Assembly (NCBI GenBank): GCA_048882385.1
Contig: JBHLRQ010000026.1
Span: forward strand, 22,822 to 35,223
DNA length: 12,402 nucleotides
Origin: Candidatus Thorarchaeota archaeon
GTDB taxonomy: Archaea > Asgardarchaeota > Thorarchaeia > Thorarchaeales > Thorarchaeaceae
Direction of reading: 5' to 3'
The notes under the pieces are model-generated. The model did no database searches and was not told the origin of the DNA. It saw nothing but the letters and a program-made list of their open reading frames with translations. The position numbers were made by a program, and so were the translations under genes. Positions 7,230 to 12,402 of the stretch are shown here, piece by piece (the stretch's first letter is position 1; every line of letters starts with the position of its first letter).

Positions 7230-7748
7230 ATGACGGAGTCATGGGGCCAATTCAAGTCATTCGAAGGGAAGAAATTCAAAGCACTTGATGCTGATTTCAC
7301 AAAAGATGTTTCCAACCTCCTTGGTGGTAAGGACCTCACTGCTTGCTTTCAATGTGCAAAGTGTAGCGCTGGATGTCCTGTAGCAGACAAGGTAAACATT
7401 CAGATTCATGAGGTCATGAGAATGCTACTCTTTGGTCTAAAAGAGGTCCTTGAAACCGATATGGTCTGGCTCTGTTCGACATGCTATACTTGTCAGGAGC
7501 GATGTCCACAAGGAATTGATATCACTGACATCCTATTTGGTCTAAAGAACATGGCTTTCAAGAAAGGAATCACTCCCCAGGGTTACATGGGTGCCCGACA
7601 GTCGCTCTATGACACAGGTCGACTCTATGAGCCTACAGACTGGGAGCGAGATGAACTCGAACTTAATCCAGTTCCTGAGTTGAACATCGCTGACACTAAG
7701 AAGATGTTGGATAAAACGAAGCTCATGAAATTGGAGGAGGGTGAGTAA
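7230..7748 (+). CDS. hdrC: Heterodisulfide reductase subunit C
   Basis: CFQCAKCSAGCP and WLCSTCYTCQERCPQG. ATG 7230 lies 1 nt after the hdrA stop with GAGGAGG upstream. The longer ORF from 7083 overlaps the mvhD domain. Confidence 0.94.
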   Translation: MTESWGQFKSFEGKKFKALDADFTKDVSNLLGGKDLTACFQCAKCSAGCPVADKVNIQIHEVMRMLLFGLKEVLETDMVWLCSTCYTCQERCPQGIDITDILFGLKNMAFKKGITPQGYMGARQSLYDTGRLYEPTDWERDELELNPVPELNIADTKKMLDKTKLMKLEEGE

Positions 7749-7749
7749 T

Positions 7750-8625
7750 ATGACTCAGAGCTACGAAGTCTTCCTTGGCTGTGCAATCCCAAGCAGGTTC
7801 AATAACTATGAGTCGTCTATGCGAGCTGTAGCAGAGAAGCTCAACATTAATCTGATTGATTTTGATGGAGCATCTTGTTGCGGTACAGTTGTCCTCAAGT
7901 CAATTGATGAGAATAGCTGGCTCTCCATGTCCGGCCGCAATATTGCGTTAGCTGAACAGAGGGGACATGATATTGTGACTCCGTGTAACGGGTGCTTTGG
8001 TTCCTTGAAGGACACTGACCACGTACTCCATGATGATGAGTCCTATCGGAAGAAAGTAAATACTGCCCTCAAACCTTTGGGTTTGGAATATACTGGGAAG
8101 GTTAAGATTCGGCATTTTGTAGAAGTACTCTATGAAATGAAGGATGAAATAAAGAAGAAAATCGTCAAACGTCTTGATGGTCTAAAAGTCGCATTCCACC
8201 CTGGTTGCCACCTCATCCGTCCATCCAATGTGGCGGGATTTGATGATCCCGAGCTGCCAGGAAAGGTAGATGAGTTGATTGAGTTAACAGGTGCTACGAG
8301 TGTACATTGGGACATGAAACTCCGTTGCTGTGGATCGCCACTCCTAATTGCAAGTGAGGATGTTGCAACGAAAATTCTCAGAGAGAAAATGGTATCCGCA
8401 AATGGTGCAGGTGCAAACTGTGTAGTCACAAACTGCCCAGCCTGTCATACCCAGTTCGATATCCAACAGCTGGGTTTGAAAGATGATGAAGGAAACTCCT
8501 TGGAGTTACCTGCGTTATTTGTCACACAGGTTCTTGGTATCGCTATGGGAATTGATCCTGAACCACTAGGATTTGAATTGAATAGAGTGTCTCTGGAAGC
8601 AATAAACGAAATACTTGGAATTTAG
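7750..8625 (+). CDS. hdrB: Heterodisulfide reductase subunit B, divergent paralogue
   Basis: FLGC, ASCCG, CNGC, HPGCH, RCCGS, CPACH. ATG 7750 preferred over GTG 7741 because GGAGGGTGA sits 5 nt upstream and the junction (TAA-N-ATG) mirrors hdrA-hdrC. Confidence 0.93.
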   Translation: MTQSYEVFLGCAIPSRFNNYESSMRAVAEKLNINLIDFDGASCCGTVVLKSIDENSWLSMSGRNIALAEQRGHDIVTPCNGCFGSLKDTDHVLHDDESYRKKVNTALKPLGLEYTGKVKIRHFVEVLYEMKDEIKKKIVKRLDGLKVAFHPGCHLIRPSNVAGFDDPELPGKVDELIELTGATSVHWDMKLRCCGSPLLIASEDVATKILREKMVSANGAGANCVVTNCPACHTQFDIQQLGLKDDEGNSLELPALFVTQVLGIAMGIDPEPLGFELNRVSLEAINEILGI

Positions 8626-8629
8626 AAGA

Positions 8630-9205
8630 TCATGGAGCCATCTTACTGTCACCATAGAAGAGTTGGCCTAGACGCTTCATTGCATCCCTCACACATTCTC
8701 TCTTGCCGCTGACCTGAAGATGTCGTTCTCCATCCAGTGATATATTAACCATACAATCTTCTGCAATCTCGGAAGCTATTTCCACAGGAATATCTTCAGG
8801 CAGTTTGATACGGAAGAATCCAACATCTTTTTCCCTAGGAATATCCGAAATATGCACCTCTGGTTCAGGTTTATACTCCTCACTTTCCCCCTTGAGTGCC
8901 TTTTCAAAACGAGTTTCCCAAATGTTTCTGTACTCTATGCCCTCTTTATCTTCTGCCCAAACCATGAGAGTATCCCTGAGTCTTTGGATTTGGATCTCCA
9001 TTTCCATTTGAAGTCGATCATCATCTTCACACCTTGATTGTGACCTTATTTCACTCTCAAAGGATCGAAGATACTCTAGACTCATCTTTGAGTTTCTAAG
9101 GTCTGCATATGTCAGGTCAGGGATGAAGACATCTCTATCTCTCAGTGCCCCGAGTAAATCATTCAGGACTCTCCAACCTGCTAGAAGTCCATCCAATGAA
9201 ACCAC
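8630..9205 (-). CDS. Conserved archaeal protein, DUF2096-like
   Basis: 191-aa ORF, GTG start 4 nt after the hdrA stop. The N-terminal pattern WRVLNDLLGALRDRDVFIP..YADLRNSK and the C-terminal alpha/beta domain resemble DUF2096 as I recall it; not verified by search. Confidence 0.7.
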   Translation of the reverse strand: MVSLDGLLAGWRVLNDLLGALRDRDVFIPDLTYADLRNSKMSLEYLRSFESEIRSQSRCEDDDRLQMEMEIQIQRLRDTLMVWAEDKEGIEYRNIWETRFEKALKGESEEYKPEPEVHISDIPREKDVGFFRIKLPEDIPVEIASEIAEDCMVNISLDGERHLQVSGKRECVRDAMKRLGQLFYGDSKMAP

Positions 9206-9209
9206 GACT

Positions 9210-12200
9210 CTACTCCCTCAGCATTTCTTCAGTCTGTTCTAGGATGCTCTTTTCACGCCACCATCTTAGGTCTCGTGCACCAGTTGGGCAGATTGCACAA
9301 CAGGCTCCACACCCCTCACACCGCATTTCATCAGTGACGCTCTTTTTCACACCTGGCTCTACTTCCATCATTGATACAGCATCATACGGACAAATATCTG
9401 AGTAGTGACAGAGGTCGCAACCAACACAAAGATCTTGGTCCACTTCCGCGGTGAGAAGCTCAATCTCTACTGTACCTAAATTCAACGGTATGCAAGCCTC
9501 ACTTGCAGCGCCTCGTGCTTGATTAATCGAATCACTAATGTTCTTTGCATAAGTAACACCAAGGAAGACACCTGGGACTGTTGTTTCAACAGGTTTGTAT
9601 TTCATGTGCATTTCTGCAAGGAATCCATCCTGTCCCCGGTTGATTCCCATCGCTTTCACAAATTCATTAACATCGTGTGGGGCTTCAAGACCTAGAGCCA
9701 AAACAACAAGATCGGACTTGATCTTCAAGGTTTCTTGTGAGAGAGTGTCATACACTGTCACTATGGCGGAATCTCCATCAGGGTCTTTCTCAACAGTGAT
9801 CGGTCTTTCTCGCTCCCATCTGAGGTATGCAACACCCTTCTGTCTATTCTCTCTCCACATCTCTTCCATTCCTTTGGCAAATGGTCGGATGTGTTCCTTA
9901 TAGGCCGAGAAAATTTTGATATCAGGGAACATCTCCTTCAGTTCATGCTGCATGGCAATGGTTGCTGAGCAACATACTCTTGAGCAGTATCTGTTACCCT
10001 CTCCAGGATTCTGTCTTGAGCCAACGCAATGAATAAAAACGGGATTCTTTGGTGGTTTTTTAATCTCGCCATTTCTCAATCTTCGTTCGAGTTCAAGAGT
10101 TGATATTACTCCTGGAACCTCTCCCCATCCATATTCCCCTTGTTTAGGCTCATAAACGTCTGTTCCAACAGTTACAACCATTGATCCAATTCGGTGGATG
10201 TTCTGTTCTCCAGTTTCTGTATTCTTGATAGTGATGTCGTAGTTACCATAGGACCCATCCCTGCTAACTACTTTTGAGTTTAGGAGGACCTGTATACGTT
10301 TGCTTTTCTCTATTTTTGCAGTCAGGTCATCAACAATCTCCTGCGCCGATCTCATATCAGGAAAGACCTGGTAAAGCTCGTTGAGTCTGCCTCCAAGCTT
10401 GTCCTGTTTCTCAACAAGAATCACATCAAATCCCTTTCGTGCAATATCAAGAGCTGCAGTCATCCCTGATACTCCACCACCCACCACCATTGAAACTGGT
10501 GTTACTTCGACTTTCTTAAGAGGTACTTCTTCATTGTTGACTGCCTTTGCTACTGCGCTTCGAATCATATCTTGTGCTTTTTCTTGTCTAACCTCTGGAT
10601 CCTCATTAACGTGAACCAATGCGAGATGTTCTCTGAGACCCACAGGGCCGACTAGGTAGTATCCTGAAAGACCTGCAGCTTCCAAAGCATTCCTGAATGT
10701 CGACTCATGCTGCAAAGGTGAACATGAACCTACAACTACACGGTTTAGCTTATGTTCCTTTATAGCATCTGTAACAAGTTGTTGACCAGGGTCGCTGCAC
10801 ATGAAGATATAGTCAGTAGAATATGCTACATTTGGCAAATCTTTTGCCCATTCTGCCAGACCCGGGGAGCTAATCTCATTCCCAATGATACCTCCACAAT
10901 GGCAGATAAAGACTCCAACACGAGGTTCATCACCTAGGTCTGCAGGAGGAATTTCAGGTGCAGGTTCTGGTGTAGGGACTGGAAGAATAGAGTGCGCAGC
11001 CATTGCGGCTCCTTTTCCCTCGTTCACACTATCAGTGCCATCTCTCGGACCATGAGCACAGCCTGCAACAAATATCCCTGGACGGTTTGTTTCTAACGCT
11101 GATGCATTGGGATGTTTTTCCCTGACCCACCCAGCCTCATCTAAATCAATCTTGAGTATCTTGGCGAGCTCTGCAGAACCTTCACTAGGTCTGAAACTTG
11201 CGTTGAGAACAACCATTGAAATCTTGTCTATCTCAATTATCTCTCCGGTGTCAGTGTTCTCCATTTTTACAAATAGATCATGAGTGTCTGGGTCCTCTTG
11301 AATCTCGGAAACCCTTCCCCTGACAAAATTAATTCCTCTGTTCTTTTGCGAGTCCCACAGGAATTCTTCTAGTGCCTTTCCAGCGGTCCTCATGTCCATG
11401 TACGTATAGATGATCTCACAGTGGTCCTCTGGATAATGCATCCTCGTAACCTGTGCAAGCTTGAGTCCAAATGAACAACAGACCCTATTGCAGTGCTCAC
11501 TGTACCCACTAATCTGCTCCCTCACATCTCGACTGCCAACACAATTCACAAAGAGAATTTTCTCAGGTTCCTTTCCATCAGAAGGTCTCACCATGTGAGA
11601 GTCCGTTGGACCTGTTGGATGGCTCTGCCTGTCATATTCCATTGTAGTTACAACATTGGGAAATATTCCATAGCCGTATTCGGTATAATCCAATGGTCTA
11701 TACTCTTGAAATCCTGTTGCCATGATGATTGAGCCAACATTTAACTCGTACACTTTGTCTTCATCATCGTACATGATACAGTCCTGAGGACAGACTGATG
11801 CGCATGTTCCACAACCAATACACGAATCTCGGTCGATAGTTGCAATCAGCGGAATCTGTTGTGGAAAATTCATGTAGATGGCTTTACGAAGTGAGAGGCC
11901 TTTATCGTACTCATTCGGGACTTCCACAGGACATGAACGAATACAAAGTTGGCATCCAGTACACTTGTCCTCATTGACATAACGAGCCTTCTTACGAATC
12001 GTGACTGTGAAATCGCCTTCCCTTCCTTCTACCTTCTCCACGGTAGATAAAGGGTGAATAGTGATGTTTGGGTGTTTGCCGACAAATGATGTGAGTGGAG
12101 TCATGACACAGGCTGAACATTCCAACGCAGGGAATATTTTGTAAATAGCTACATAGTTTCCACCTATGTTCACAGACTTCTCGATCATGTGAGCATGATG

Positions 12201-12314
12201 ACCACCATTTGCAAGCCCTAGGGAGGCGTTGATTCCTGCCATTCCACCTCCAATAACTAGGACATCTGTTGGTTTGGTCTTCTGCTCCGGTTTCTTGGCT
12301 GACTCGCTGACCAT
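9210..12314 (-). CDS. hdrA: Second tandem HdrA-like flavoprotein (HdrA-HdrA' plus C-terminal ferredoxin, no MvhD), ~1034 aa
   Basis: VLVIGGGMAG, FPALECSAC, CTGCQLCIRSCP, CIGCGTCASVCP, NCVGSRD..CNRVCC; Pro-rich linker; RVGVFICHCG, VVGGGVSG, HCVGSR..CSRVCC, EMHMKYKPVET; CVGCDLC..CP and CEGCGACCAICP. Start placed at ATG 12314 (GGAG upstream) rather than GTG 12392. The frame stays open to the window edge, so a longer N-terminus is not excluded. Confidence 0.93.
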   Translation of the reverse strand: MVSESAKKPEQKTKPTDVLVIGGGMAGINASLGLANGGHHAHMIEKSVNIGGNYVAIYKIFPALECSACVMTPLTSFVGKHPNITIHPLSTVEKVEGREGDFTVTIRKKARYVNEDKCTGCQLCIRSCPVEVPNEYDKGLSLRKAIYMNFPQQIPLIATIDRDSCIGCGTCASVCPQDCIMYDDEDKVYELNVGSIIMATGFQEYRPLDYTEYGYGIFPNVVTTMEYDRQSHPTGPTDSHMVRPSDGKEPEKILFVNCVGSRDVREQISGYSEHCNRVCCSFGLKLAQVTRMHYPEDHCEIIYTYMDMRTAGKALEEFLWDSQKNRGINFVRGRVSEIQEDPDTHDLFVKMENTDTGEIIEIDKISMVVLNASFRPSEGSAELAKILKIDLDEAGWVREKHPNASALETNRPGIFVAGCAHGPRDGTDSVNEGKGAAMAAHSILPVPTPEPAPEIPPADLGDEPRVGVFICHCGGIIGNEISSPGLAEWAKDLPNVAYSTDYIFMCSDPGQQLVTDAIKEHKLNRVVVGSCSPLQHESTFRNALEAAGLSGYYLVGPVGLREHLALVHVNEDPEVRQEKAQDMIRSAVAKAVNNEEVPLKKVEVTPVSMVVGGGVSGMTAALDIARKGFDVILVEKQDKLGGRLNELYQVFPDMRSAQEIVDDLTAKIEKSKRIQVLLNSKVVSRDGSYGNYDITIKNTETGEQNIHRIGSMVVTVGTDVYEPKQGEYGWGEVPGVISTLELERRLRNGEIKKPPKNPVFIHCVGSRQNPGEGNRYCSRVCCSATIAMQHELKEMFPDIKIFSAYKEHIRPFAKGMEEMWRENRQKGVAYLRWERERPITVEKDPDGDSAIVTVYDTLSQETLKIKSDLVVLALGLEAPHDVNEFVKAMGINRGQDGFLAEMHMKYKPVETTVPGVFLGVTYAKNISDSINQARGAASEACIPLNLGTVEIELLTAEVDQDLCVGCDLCHYSDICPYDAVSMMEVEPGVKKSVTDEMRCEGCGACCAICPTGARDLRWWREKSILEQTEEMLRE

Positions 12315-12363
12315 ATGGACATTCTCCAAGATAACGTACGTACTGAAGCTCCAGCGGAGACAG

Positions 12364-12377
12364 CGATATAATCTTTC
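12364..12377 (-). promoter_or_regulatory. BRE/TATA-like promoter candidate of the second hdrA operon
   Basis: Minus strand GAAAGATTATATCG, 49 nt before ATG 12314. Confidence 0.5.
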
Positions 12378-12402
12378 TGTCAGGGCCTTCACAGTGTTAA
12401 CT

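Noticed and set aside
9160-9212. TAG read-through of the second hdrA into an MvhD domain
   Set aside because: Read-through gives SRGFIGWTSSRLESPE then a stop, with no MvhD motif, and the next gene starts 4 nt later in another frame.
173-11732. Short alternative-frame and antisense ORFs in the track (e.g. 173-490, 6151-6489, 6578-6958, 7001-7339, 8130-8429, 9595-9903)
   Set aside because: All lie largely or wholly within well-supported genes and show no motifs; they are shadow ORFs.
12315-12402. In-frame VNTVKALTERL upstream of HdrA2, faintly like an MvhD C-terminus
   Set aside because: Too short, lacks the following LGPSP motif and coincides with the promoter-like motif. It cannot be fully excluded without upstream sequence.
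1-12402. CRISPR array, tRNA, rRNA, transposase or integrase
   Set aside because: No spaced direct repeats, cloverleaf or recombinase motifs were seen by eye; nearly all the sequence is accounted for by the CDSs.

Overview
Archaeal-type DNA (GGAGG/GGTGA ribosome-binding sites, BRE/TATA-like promoters, frequent TTG/GTG starts) dominated by heterodisulfide reductase (Hdr) genes. An Asgard/Thorarchaeia or other non-methanogenic anaerobic archaeon is my guess for the source and cannot be proven from the window. Left to right: (1) hdrB of the methanogen type (+); (2) a minus-strand pair encoding a very acidic, membrane-anchored surface protein and a single-pass membrane protein with an external domain and a cytoplasmic winged-helix DNA-binding domain; (3) a ~490 bp divergent control region; (4) a tightly coupled operon of a tandem hdrA-hdrA'-ferredoxin-mvhD fusion, hdrC and a second, divergent hdrB (+); (5) a convergent operon (-) of a second tandem hdrA without MvhD and a DUF2096-like gene. 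No tRNA, rRNA, CRISPR array or mobile element was seen. Main observations: four HdrA flavin modules that differ at the Glu/Lys residues associated with electron bifurcation, two HdrB paralogues with different substrate loops, a 14-nt motif shared upstream of both hdrA genes, and a putative transmembrane one-component sensor plus surface-protein cassette inside the Hdr cluster. Family assignments come from remembered motifs, not database searches.
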